64,000 nucleotides of DNA. Origin: Callorhinchus milii (lineage: Eukaryota). Made by a program: the position numbers and the translations under genes. Every line of letters begins with the position of its first letter. Within the stretch, counting starts at the first letter, position 1. The stretch is taken from NCBI RefSeq assembly GCF_018977255.1, contig NW_024704754.1, forward strand, positions 2,728,001 to 2,792,000, given 5' to 3'. Of the stretch, positions 23,328 to 35,048 are shown piece after piece. Below the pieces are notes generated by a model, which saw only the letters and a list, made by a program, of their open reading frames with translations, made no database searches and was not told the DNA's origin.

Positions 23328-23645
23328 GGGTGAAACCTTACACAAGTTTCCTTACTCCGCACACAAGCCTCTGTTTAGCTAGCATTAAATAGGAACCCGA
23401 TTGTTAGTCAATTGGCGGATCGCTTTTCCGGGGGTAATAATCCCTTCAAAAAAAATGATAATAATTTGGTCACTCAACCCGCGACTGTTTGTGGGGACGC
23501 TGCTGCGCGCAGTTGTCTGCCGAGTTTCGTCCACAAAATATACAGTCAATTCACTTGACAGTATATTCCGTGAAGCGCTTTGAGACGTCTCGTAGATGTG
23601 ATAAGGCGTTGTATCATACACAAGGATTATTATTATTATTATTAT
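23328..23645 (+). mobile_element. Older-subfamily SINE
   Basis: Body, core and (att)n tail. Confidence 0.85.
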
Positions 23646-25843
23646 CATCTATCTGAAATAACAGAGACTTAACATCTGATCCGTCGGATGGCGTTTCCGA
23701 CAATGCACCCCTACATTGGGCTGCATTTTCGGACTGTGTGAGCTCAAAGTCCCAACGTGACGTTCACATAGTTCTGCTGCTCCTAAATACAGCTTTGTTA
23801 GCCTCACTTAGGCTTTTCAGTCTTGTATTATATTCTGGCCTGGGGTGCTTCAGTTACGTTTCAAAATTGTAACCCATCTTAAACGATGTCTTCAATCCTC
23901 CGCTCTTTAGCTCCCCCTGCGTCTCGAACACCCAGTTATCTGTGTAAACTGCTTTGAGATACGCCCTCATGCAAAAGGCACTATGTAAATGCAAGTTGCT
24001 TTAAATGCTATATCAAGCACTAGAACTCTAATTAAATGTATCATCAAATACAACTTCAAAATCACAATTTATAATTCTAATGGGCAAAACCTGATTTCTC
24101 ACTTATCGCTTATCACCAGCAAAGGCAGATATGCAGATAATATTTCACAATATATGCAGATCCCTGTCAGAATGAAATTTTAAGATTCTGAATCTACACA
24201 GTTGATTTATCTACATCCCTCCTCTTAGACTGTGCCTTTGGCCACTCTCCTACCCTCCATCCCTCTCTTACCCTAACATCTCCCTTACCCCAACTCTCCC
24301 CCCACCCCCAGCTCAGACCCAATCCCCTGGCTGTCCAGTGCCTTGTGACGTCCTCCCAATGTGAACAGCGCTGTACAAAAGTAATTTTGCATTGCATTGT
24401 ATCATCTAATGACATTTCCCTCAGCATGGTAATCAAAGTGTACTTTGTATTGTAGTGTAGATGAACTCAGCCTGTTTTATTCATGCTTCCCGCCCTCCCA
24501 AATTTGTTCTGTTATTTTTTCCCCCCTCCCCACAAATAGGAACGTGCAAGTTAGAAAAATCTTTTGGGTGTCTGAAGTATGTTGAGCCTGTGTCAAGAGG
24601 AAGTATCACCATCTGTTTCCCCTTTCTTAATGTAACGGGAGATTTTCTTCTTTAGATTTTTATTGGCAAAGTTATTTTTGGAGGAGACAAGATGCGGAAG
24701 AAAATTACGCCCATTAAACGCCCTTGTGAATATGGACAGGTCATTAATTGTCACTAATGCTCACATCTGGATCATTCGAGTTATACCACAATTGGTTTCA
24801 GAGTATTTATGTCATTCAAGTCGATTGCCTGTAAACAAAAGAAACGAGGTTTACCAGATGCAGCCATGACACCGGGAGAAACTCACTTTTCTTTTCAAGT
24901 CGTGTGATGGGATCTTTAACATCTAGAAGCAAAGCCAAATATATAAGCAAATAAATAAATAAATAAATAAATAATAATTTGGTCTCTCAATCCATGACTG
25001 TTTGTGAGGATGCTGTCGCGTTTCGCCCACAAAATATACAGTCAATTCGCTTTACAGTATATTCCGTGAAGTGCTTTGAAGGGCTCATAAACATCGAAAC
25101 AACTCAAAGTGCTTCACGGCACTACCTTCTGTAAAGTATGGTGACGACGGATTTGTAGGTGAAGCAACAAGCATGTCAGCTTGTAGCTAGCTTGGCAACG
25201 GAATATCAGAATTAGGTAAGCAGTATGTGTTAGAATTAAATAAGCCGGCTGTGCCCCACAAGGAGAGTGCGAACATTTTATTCCAACAATCTATCTCTGG
25301 CATTTCCACATGTAGGTGAGATGTAAGGAAATCGCTTGATTTGGATACTCTTAAGCATGGTGATGGGTTTCCGCACATGTCAGACACCCGGTTGATCACC
25401 CAAAAAATAGGTGAAAATGTAAAGAAATTCCCCCCCTGTCTGTGCCTCTGATCTCTGATAGCTCAGTTGCGATCTTTGCCCATCATTTGTGTGGGAAATT
25501 TGTGCAAGGATTTCCCAAAGGGGAACTGATTCTCTTCTCTACTGCAACACAGAGAACTATTGGCAATTGAGAAATAAGTATGTCCCATTTGCTAATTTAC
25601 ACAAGATGGTGTCACCAGTGAAAATGTGAATTTACAGAAGAAAATATCCTGGTAGCCACAGGCACATTGTCTTCCAATGTCATAGTGTGTCGATGTACAA
25701 CATTCAAACCTTCAACTAAGATTTAATATCATAAACTATCAAGTTTCTTTGACTTTCAGGCTGCACTGTACCAAAATATTTTTGCAGCAGTCATACTTTT
25801 AAATCTTAAGTGTAAATAAGTCCCATCAGAGTTTTGCCCACAA

Positions 25844-25954
25844 AATATACAGTCGATTCACTTTACAGCATATTCTGTGAAGCGCTTTGAGACGTCTTCA
25901 AGACGTCTCAAAGCGCTTCACAGAATATGCTGTAAAGTGAATCGACTGTATATT
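25844..25954. repeat. Perfect palindrome (55-bp arms, 1-nt spacer) inside a SINE tail
   Basis: 25844-25898 is the exact reverse complement of 25900-25954. Confidence 0.95.
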
Positions 25955-26040
25955 AAATGCAAGGATTATTATTTCTATCATTATTATCTTAAAATGTTTT
26001 CCTTTAAGCAGATTCCAGAGGTGCTCAGACGGACGTAAAG

Positions 26041-26402
26041 ATGGCCGTAGACAATGAAACCCTCAGTAATGTCACTTCACAGGATCTCCCAAAGAACCAA
26101 GCCAATACCAAATTGGACCTCGTTGTGACAACCATCATGACAATAATGCTCTTCTTTATCATGCTTGCAATGGGTTGCACAGTCAGCTTTACCAAGATGT
26201 GGAATCACATTAAAAGGCCGTGGGGGATCTTGGTTGGCTTTGTGTGTCAGTTTGGCTTGATGCCTTTGATTGGGTTTGTGCTATCATTCCTATTCCAACT
26301 GAAAACAGCTGCTGCATTTGCAGTGGTGCTCACAGGAAGCTGCCCTGGGGGGCTTGGCTCAAACATTGCAACCTTCTGGATTGACGGCGACATGGATCTC
26401 AG
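26041..26402 (+). CDS. SLC10 coding exon 1
   Basis: ATG 26041 in good context (aagATGG); ends GDMDL-S, donor gtaaga 26403, phase 2. Confidence 0.93.
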
Positions 26403-29400
26403 GTAAGACAGACAGTTGCTGGGGGTGGGGGGGGTGGGGGGTCACGATCGTAACATGACCTGCGATTCTGGCCCGTTTCTCAAAACTCACATCCTATAAT
26501 ATGTTAGTCCCGAGGTGTAGTGATTAGAGCACTCGCCTCGCAAGCGAGAGGCCCCGGGTTTGATTCCCAGCCGGGCGGGGTAAAGCCTTAGGCAAGTTTC
26601 CTTACACCACAAAAACACTTCTGTTTACCAAGCAGTAAATGGAACCCGATTGTTAGTCGATTGGCGGATTGCTTTTCCGGTGGTAATAATTCCTTTAAAA
26701 AGAATAATAAATTGTCACTCGATTCGCGACTTTTTGTGGGACGCTGCTATGCGCAATTGGCTGCCGCGTTTTGCCCACAAAACACACAGCAAATTCACCT
26801 TACAGTATATTCCACAAAGGCGCTTTGTGACATCTCGAAGAGTGATAAGGGGCTAAATCAAATGCAAGGATTATTATTATTTTATGATATGATCTGATGT
26901 GCCTCTATAACAATATGCACAGATCAGCTTTGGCACATTGTTAAACTCCTACTGAGCCATGACATGTTTGGTTGTCCACAGCATTTGTATGACCGTATGT
27001 TCCACACTCTTCTCAATGGGGATGATCCCACTGTGTCTGTTGATCTACACGAGCCACTGGGATGTTATCAGCGAGATCAATATCCCATATGAAAAAATTA
27101 GTAAGAATTATTCTTAATCATTTCTGACACGTACCTTTTTAATTGATGGACGCTTCGAATGGTTCTACTTTGGATGGGATGAGTCGAGAGTAACTAATGC
27201 AAATGTACTTCCAGGTTTTAGTCTGTTGCTATTGATTATACCCATTTCTATCGGTGCGTTCATCAACTACAAGTGGCCCAACAAGGCAAAATTACTGGTA
27301 AAGGTAAGATTTATTCCTCTATCTAAGCCTTGCATTCTTAGTTTCCTTATTGTGAAAGAGTATTTGTGGTGAGAGTAGCACAGAGTGCAGCAAAATAACA
27401 CAGGGGGCCACACACTAGCAGGACTGTGGGCAAACACACTTTGCATCCCTTATTCTGTTTAGTTCCTCATCTGAGCTGTATTGTGAGTGCTGAGCAGAGG
27501 CTACTCATCTTCCTTGCTTATCTACGACAGCTAAACCAGCCCTCACCCAGCTAAATAATAATTTATAATAATGATTGAACAATAATTTGTTTACAGATTG
27601 GATCGATTATTGGTATAGTTCTGTTGTGTCTAATTGGCATTGGTGTAAACTGGCTGTACAAAGACATGTGGAAAATGAACCTTACCTTTCTGATGACTGG
27701 GATAATATTTCCGTGTATTGGATTCGCTTTGGGCTTTGTTCTAGCCTGGATTGCTCGTATGCCCTGGCAAAGGTAAACAACATAATTAGGTGATGCCTTG
27801 TACTGGCAGAAGCCCTTTGCAACTTGTGCTACAAGCTATGGGGAAAAGGTAGGGGAATAGAACTAAATGATCTTGAGGGAGTTAGCACACACACACACAC
27901 ACACACACAGCGATTGGATTGCCGCATTTCGCCAAGCAAAATACAGTCAATTTACTTTACAGTATGCTATTATTATTATTTTCTTGAGAACACAGAAGAA
28001 ATCAGTCCATTTAAGCGCTCCGAGACGCTATCCGGAGGGAAGGGCGCTATATAAATGCAAATTGTTGTTGTGGCTCTTTTCTCCATCCTTCTGAAAAAAT
28101 ATGATTTTATGTACATAATGTGCGCAAAGAGAAGCATTGAACTGAGAGAAATTTAGGTCTGCAGTGATTCAGTTAAACAGGCGAATGATCTTGATTCTAG
28201 TAAGTAAGGAAACTTGCCCACGTTTCGTCCTGCTGAGAATGCTCTAACTACTGAGCTACAGGACTTAATGGAGAAAAGGAACCAATTGTTCAATCAGAAT
28301 TTACTTAAAGGTTTCTTGGCAGGCAGTGGCGAGTGAACAGAGTAACTTTCCTGGAATTGGTAGTTTGATTATGCATTGCTCCCTTACACCACTCTCAGCA
28401 ACATCCCCGTTCAGCACCACTTAACTGGCTCATGCATTCTTAATTTGGTCATCTTCAGTTGTGGTAGTCCTGGAGGTTAGTGGTTAGAGCACTCGCCTCG
28501 CAAACCAGAGGACTTGGGTTCGATTTCCGGCAGGCCAAAACATTGGCCAAGTTTCCTTACTCCACACGCCTCTGTTTACCTAGCAGTACAGTAGGAACCT
28601 GGTTGTTAGTCGATTGGCAGATTGCTTTACCGGGGGATAATAATCCCTTCAAAAAGTAAATATAATAATATTGTGGTCACTCAATCCACGACTGTTTGTG
28701 GGACGCTGCTGTGCGCTGTTGGCTGCCGCGCTATCTGCCCACAAAATCTACAGTCAATTCATTTTACAGTACATTCTGTGAGACGTCTCGAAGACGTGAT
28801 AAGGCGCTGTATCAAATGCAAGGATTATTATTATTGAAACTCTTACTAATGTTGCACTGGCTCTCTTAACAGATAAAGATTTGTTGAATTCAGTTTAATG
28901 ATTGTCGATCTCTCCAAAACCTTTCTTGTTTGAGTAGGTGTCGTACCATTTCTTTGGAGACTGGTATACAGAATGCTAATTTGTGCTCCATAATTATCAA
29001 GATCTCATTTCCCGCTGAGGTGGCTACTGAAATGATCTTCTTCCCAATGGTTTACAGTTGCAGCAGCATCATTTTCGGGATTGCCATGGTCATTGGTGAG
29101 ATCTCTCAGTTATTCGTGAAATAAGGCAACACAATTCTCATAAAAGTATTCTACTTATTGAGCACTCGCCTCACAAGCGAGAGACCTGGGTTCGATTCTC
29201 GGCAGGGTGAAATGTTGGGCAAGTTCATAGAATCATACAGCTCAGATGGAGGCCATTCGGCCCATCGTGTCTGTGCCCGCTCTTTGAAAAGAGCTATCGA
29301 ATTCGATCCCACTCGCCCGCTCTCTCCCCATAGCCCTGCAAACCTGTCCTCCCCAAATAATTATCTACTTCTCCCTTAAACGTTGCTATTGAATCGGCTT

Positions 29401-30353
29401 CGACCACCCTTTCAGGCAATGCATTCCAGATCTGTGTGAAAAAAAATTTCTCCTCACCTCCCCTGTTTCTTTTGACAACTATCTATTTTAAATTGGTGTC
29501 CTCGGGTTACCGACCCACCCGCCAGTGGAAGTAGTTTCTCCTTGTTCGAATCCCCTCATCATTTTGAAAACTTCTATTAAGTCTCCTCTTAACCCTCTCT
29601 GCTCCAAGGAGATTAATCCGAGCTTCTCTCGCCTCTCCTCATAACTGAAGTCCCTCATTCCTGGTACCATCCTGGTCAATCTCCTTGGGATCTTCTCCAA
29701 TGGTTCAAAGGGGATGGATAAGCACCTGCACAATAAAAAAACGTGAAACGGATTAATTAATAATAATAATAATAATAATAATCCTTGCATTTGATATAGC
29801 GCTTTTCACGTCGGGAGGACGTCCCAAAGCGCTTCACAGAACACACTGTAAAGTGAATTGACTGCATATTTGTGGGCGAACGCGGCAGCCAATTGCGCAC
29901 AGCAATGTCCCACAAACAGTCGTAGATTGAAAATGACCAATTTATTATTGTTTTTTTGATTTTGGAGGGATTATTATTAGGCTCTGTGTGGAATAAGGAA
30001 ACTTGCCCAAGGTTTCGCCCTCTGCCTGGAATTGAACTTAGGTCTCTCACTTGCAAAGCGAGTGCTCTAACCACTGAGCTACAGGACTCCACAGTAAATC
30101 TTTGAATATGGGGAAAGAATTGGAAAGTGAGATTAATAACAAATAACTTGATAACTTTTTCTAGTGAGGTAGAAAAGCAAGTAAAGCTGTAACATATACC
30201 ACAATCTGGAAAATATTTCTTTCTTTCTCAGTTTACAGAATTTACGAGGGAAAGAAGTCAAAGAACACAGAAATGTCCAAAAACACAGACGAATGTAATG
30301 TGGAAGAGAACTTGACACCCAAGTCGTGTGACACGTCAAAAGTCGACGATTAA
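26041..30353 (+). CDS. SLC10-family Na+/bile-salt cotransporter (ASBT/SOAT-like paralogue), 6 coding exons, 341 aa, intact
   Basis: Exons 26041-26402, 26982-27100, 27215-27303, 27597-27772, 28938-29095, 30232-30353 (1026 nt, open). Internal exon sizes 119/89/176/158 match the SLC10A2-type structure as I recall it. Motifs AMGC, HIKRPWGI.VG..CQFG.MP, CPGG..SN, DGDMDLS.CMT, CRTISLETG.QN. Confidence 0.95.
26506..26882 (+). mobile_element. Full-length older SINE in SLC10 intron 1
   Basis: tRNA head, body, core, tail. Confidence 0.85.
26982..27100 (+). CDS. SLC10 exon 2
   Basis: 119 nt ICMTVCSTLFSMGMIPLCLLIY...IPYEKI. Confidence 0.93.
27215..27303 (+). CDS. SLC10 exon 3
   Basis: 89 nt FSLLLLIIPISIGAFINYKWPNKAKLLVK. 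Confidence 0.93.
27597..27772 (+). CDS. SLC10 exon 4
   Basis: 176 nt IGSIIG...FPCIGFALGFVLAWIARMPWQR. Confidence 0.93.
28465..28834 (+). mobile_element. Full-length older SINE in SLC10 intron 4
   Basis: tRNA head, body, core, tail. Confidence 0.85.
28938..29095 (+). CDS. SLC10 exon 5
   Basis: 158 nt CRTISLETGIQNANLCS...FPMVYS...MVI. Confidence 0.93.
29225..29705 (-). mobile_element. CR1-clade LINE 3' fragment, abutting a SINE head (29160-29225)
   Basis: RRLTRMVPGMRDFSYEERREKLGLISLEQRGLRGDLIEVFKMMRG is CR1 ORF2 C-terminus; tail gatgggccgaatggcc...(attctatg). Confidence 0.9.
29759..30090 (-). mobile_element. Full-length young tRNA-derived SINE in SLC10 intron 5
   Basis: Near-identical to the 18965-19285 copy. 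Confidence 0.9.
30232..30353 (+). CDS. SLC10 exon 6 (terminal)
   Basis: acceptor tttctttctttctcag; VYRIYEGKKSK...KVDD-TAA; phase compatible. Confidence 0.82.
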
Positions 30354-32802
30354 GAGAAAGTTGGTCTTCACAGATGTGCTTTGTTTGCTTTGAAGGAAAT
30401 TGTTTCTAAAGCTGTTGTCTTTAAAATACTAAATTGTTGTTACAATGCTTTAAGTAGCCGCATAACATTTTTTGTCCAGCTTTATTAGGAAAGCGGCATT
30501 CATTGCGTAGGAGGGAATGGAGCCAGAGTTCAATGCCATTTTATCACATTGCCTTTGTCTTTAATGAAATACATATGTGTTTACTTTATCCATTTACCAA
30601 CCACTTTTACAGGAAGATAATACTTCTGTAATACAATGATTTTGCAATTTGGATTATTATAGTATTACTTTATTTAGATCTCTGCCACACGATGAATTTT
30701 GTTCAGAATTTCTTATTGATTGAAAATCACTGTTGATGGCATAGAATACTTTTTTCCCCCCAAAATTACAATGAAGCCAAATTAAAAACTAACAAATTAA
30801 AAACTAACTTGCCGCCCGATATATGGCGCCTGTGAAATGTTTTATATCTAGATACTAATATTAAAAATAATACCAAAATTTTTTTTAAGTTGCATATGTA
30901 ACAGTATGTTTTAATATGTGAAGAATTTAACAAAAAGTATGTTTTGCTTGCCTTTTCTTTGTTGAGGGTCTATGAAACATGGTCTTGCACTGAACCTAGA
31001 CTCAGCTTTCTGGCAAGTTATTATAAAGTTTACCATTTGTACGTCAAATATCCCAGAAACAAGATTGCTTTTAAACAAGAGTAAAAATACTGGTTCCAGT
31101 ATTGCATTTCTGTTCACAGTAGCTACCACAACAACTTGTATTTATATAGCCCCCTTGCACAGGGTAGTTTCCGGGAGCGTATTACCTATGGAATATTGTA
31201 CATATATTCCCATAGTTTGCCCTATCAAGTGCACAAATGTAAGCACCTTCACCAATGTACTGTATTCTACAATTCTATAAATTACGGTCGACTGCACCCT
31301 CGTGTGGGAAAGATTGCTACTGCATCACTTCCCTCACCAGCAAAAACTGCACCTCTAACAGACGCTTTTGAACGGTGATCTGCTCGGGGAGGGTCAATTC
31401 ACTTTGAGCACCTGTTGGCAGCATCATACACTACCAGGTGAGATAAAAGAATAAGCCCCGGACCCCTCATCATGGAAATTCTTGTAGTTGTTGGATACTA
31501 TAAACACGGTTTGAAGGAAACAACGATTTAACCCGTTACATGCAGGATAACCTGCTCGGAGGAAAGCATTAGAAGTCAAAAGTTATCCATTGTACAATTG
31601 ATTCACAGAGAAGCTTTCATGAGCAGAGTCGATGTGACATGTAACATTACCAGAAACAGATACCTAGGTTGAATGGTAGCCAGCGTTCAATTGCAAGATT
31701 GTAATAATATTTGCATTTATCGCATCTTCAATACGTCTCAAAGCACTTCACGGGATTTTACTCTGAAGTCCAGTGAGTGACTGATTTTGACTGATCGATG
31801 AACACCATTAAAGCAAATGACTCATTTTTATTTGAGGGATTCTTGGCCACAATGAACTTCGAAGTATGTTAAAAATTCCAGATCTCACTTAACATCAACA
31901 CTGAACTGGATTGATCTTTTTTGAATTTTAGATAACATCAATAAGTCAACCTCCCATGAGGTATCAAGTGTGAAGAGCAGCAGGCACCAAATTCCGACAT
32001 TTGTCACATTTTGTCTTGTTAAAAAAGAGAAAAGATCAGACTGGAAGGTGTCATTAATCAACCTGACCTTCGATAAGATTTTGCCTACAACAACAACAAC
32101 AAGATTGCATTTATAGAGCGCCTTTCACGTCGGGAGGACGTCCCAAGGCGCTGGACAGTTGGCTCAGGACCCGAGCATTGGGGGGGAAATGGTGAGGGGA
32201 GGGAGCGAGAATACAAAATATTCAGTCAAGTCACTTTACAGTATATTCCGTGAAGCGCTTTGAGACGTCTCGAAGACGTGATAAGGCGCAGTATCAAATG
32301 CAAGGATTATTATTATTATTAATGCAGATTCCATACCGTTACCTGAACAGTTAAATGCAGGGCTGCAGCTCTACGTCATAGGCAAGTGGACAAAAAGGAT
32401 CCAAATGCTCACGATGGTGAAGGGATCAAGTATTGGGGGGTGGTGGTTAACATTTAAAGAAAGAGTAAAAAGGGAAGTCAAGCAGATTGGCTTTCCTTCC
32501 GCAAAGCCTAAGCAGTTCACCAGGAGAGGATGTTAAAGTAAACTGTATACTGTGATTAATATTAATTCAGATATATTAGCAAGTTCAAGAGGGCACTGGT
32601 TCAGGATTGAGCTGGCTAATATATATATATAACATAAGAATTTGCTGGCGAAAGAAGACCAAGGTCCATCTAGTTCGCCTTCCACCATCCTGGCAATCAC
32701 TTGACATGTCGTGTCCCAAACTATACATTGTATCACCAGATATTATTTTCTAGAAGAAATCTATCTCATTTGTTCTCAATTAATATTAATGACCTGAATT
32801 AA

Positions 32803-33540
32803 CAACAACCACATTACATTTATAGAGCGCCTTTCACGAAGGGAGGATGTTCCAAGGCGCTGGACAATCACTGTTTCGGACCGGAGCTGGGGGTCGAGAT
32901 CTGGGAGAGTGTAGGGCAGTGGGGGGGGGAGGTGGGTGATTGATGGCACGGTCGAAGAGGAGTCTTGAGATGGGTCTTGAAAGGAGGCAAGGGAGGGGGT
33001 GAGGCAGAGGGCCTGCGGAATGGAGTTCCAGAGGATGGGGGCAGAGTGGCTGAAGGCCTGCCCGCCTGTGGTGTGGCAGGCAAGGTTTGGGACGTGAAAC
33101 AGCTCGGAGCCCGCTGAGCGAAGAGAGCGGGCAGGCTGGTAGTGGGTTAGGAGGTCTCAGAGGTAGGGGGGAGCGAGGCCATGTAGGGCTTTGAAAGTGA
33201 GGACGAGGATCTTGAACTGTATCCTCTGTGTGATGGGAAGCCAGTAGAGTCGGGCGAGGATGAGGGTGATAAGGTCATGGAGAGAACACGGGCTGCAGAG
33301 TTCTGGATGATCTGCAGCCTACTATGGAGGGAGGAGTTGGGGAGGCCGACAAGCAAGGAGTTTGCATAGTCAAGCCTGGATTTTATGAATCGAGTGTACG
33401 AGGGTTTCGGAGGCCTGCGGTGTGAGATAGTGGGGCAGTCGGGCGATGTTGCGGAGGTGGGGAAGGCAGAGCAGGTCATGGCACGATGTGGGGTAGAAAG
33501 GATAGTTGAGAGTCAAACAAGACACTAAAGGTCAAACAAG
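32803..33540 (-). mobile_element. L2-clade LINE 3' fragment (end of ORF2 plus 3'UTR), degenerate
   Basis: Minus-frame SRLDYANSLLVGLP...[11 protein letters not shown] and FKTHLKT, typical L2 ORF2 C-terminus; (gtt)n tail. Confidence 0.88.
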
Positions 33541-34099
33541 ATGAATTATTATTAATCGTTACATTTGATATAGTTCCTAAATCATCAAATTGATGTGGAA
33601 GGACTGCAAATAGAGACCAAGATAATGGGAACTCAGTTTAATGTGTCCAAGTGCAGGACTGGACTTCTGACAATTCGGCTTTCCTCTTATACACGGCTTT
33701 GTCACGTTAGCCTAGACTGAGCTCAAGTCCAATTTGGGGTTTGAACCCACAACTTTTTGACCCAAGCAGAGGAGGTAACCAACTGAGGCAAGCCAACACT
33801 TGCATCCGTATTGCCTCAGTCTTTCAATATCGGATGCAACAAATCAACGAGGAGTTAAAACACCATCTCCTGGACTCTCAAACCACTCCCAAAACAATAG
33901 TCTTTCATACTGCTCACAGAGAATACGGCGGTTTTTATTTACGTGCAGTTACTTGCATTGAATTTGACCCGTCAGTGTTGATCTTAGGTGCAGACCCTGA
34001 TGAACTTCTTGTGGAAGGGATCACGCTGGCAAATACATAGAGGATTAATGCTGAGTGTGAGGGAAGGATGAGAATGTCAGGACTCCCTTGAGAACAGAC

Positions 34100-34305
34100 A
34101 AAATGCAAAATCCTGCAGACGCTGGAAATCTGAAACACAAACAGAAGTCGCCGGGAACACTCAGCAGGTCAGGCAGCATCGATGGAGAGGAAAGTGAGAA
34201 CTGAACTCTGGGTTCTGACGAAAGGTCATCAACTTTTCATCTCACTTTCCTCTCTCCATAGATGCTGCCTGACCTGCTGAGTGTTCCCAGCCACTTCGGT
34301 TTTTA
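34100..34305. mobile_element. Fold-back element, probably Penelope-derived, with central hammerhead-like core
   Basis: Arms 34153-34199 and 34240-34288 are near-perfect reverse complements; related copies at 16378-16532 and 60397-60502. Confidence 0.7.
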
Positions 34306-34611
34306 ATTTCACCCTCGAGAAAAAATTGCCCAGCTGTGTGTTTGAATGCAACAGCTTCCTGCATCTTTTCCGAGAGAAACACTCACTATTGTTGCAGGCG
34401 ACCAACAGGTCCATGTTTCCACACCAGAACAGATAAAAGCTGGAAACATTAAACAAGTAAATCAGACGATTGGTTCTAATGAATAAATTTGGCAGTAAAT
34501 TCAGCGCAGGAGCCAAATCTCCAACTCAAACTAACAGTGAAAATTGCTATACAAATGTAATTTTGTTGTTGTTTTGATACCCGGATAGTTTGGAAGTTTA
34601 GAGCATTTCAG

Positions 34612-35048
34612 TTTATTCTTTGAGTGGGAAAATCAGGGATAGAAGATGGTTACATTCAGGTCCCAGCAGCATTACAAAGGGCAATAAACACAAATAGCAT
34701 CTCAATTTGGTAAAAAAAAATCTTGGAGACAGGGCAGTGTAGAATATACAACCACCCCCTGTAATACTATTCACCTCGGAATCAGTTTCACAGTTGCACC
34801 TCAGCATCTCAGACCGGAAGGTTTGCAGTTTTATAAAACTGAAACAAAACCAAATCAGTAAAGCAGGTCGAGTATTCCTGTAACCATTTCTTAAAACAAT
34901 ACCAACACAGCAAGTTCAAACTGTCCAGAGAGCAAAAGACTAATGTGCATCTAAAAAAATCCCCATGGAAAGATTCTACAAAAATCAGTGAATGCATTAA
35001 TATCCAAGACCTCAGAATTGAACGCTTTTAAGAGAATTAGGATTTAAT
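34612..35048 (-). terminator. Candidate SEC24A polyadenylation signals (ATTAAA 35048-35043; AATAAA 34617-34612)
   Basis: Hexamers on the minus strand after an AT-rich, repeat-free 3'UTR-like stretch that includes a TGTATATA Pumilio-type site. Confidence 0.45.

Noticed and set aside
19300-25800. Searched this interval and 30400-34600 for a linked neuropeptide precursor for the orphan GPCR
   Set aside because: No ORF or exon with signal peptide plus dibasic/amidation sites was evident.
33741-34040. 99-aa ORF between SLC10 and SEC24A
   Set aside because: Starts within a decayed repeat; no signal peptide or homology I can recognise.
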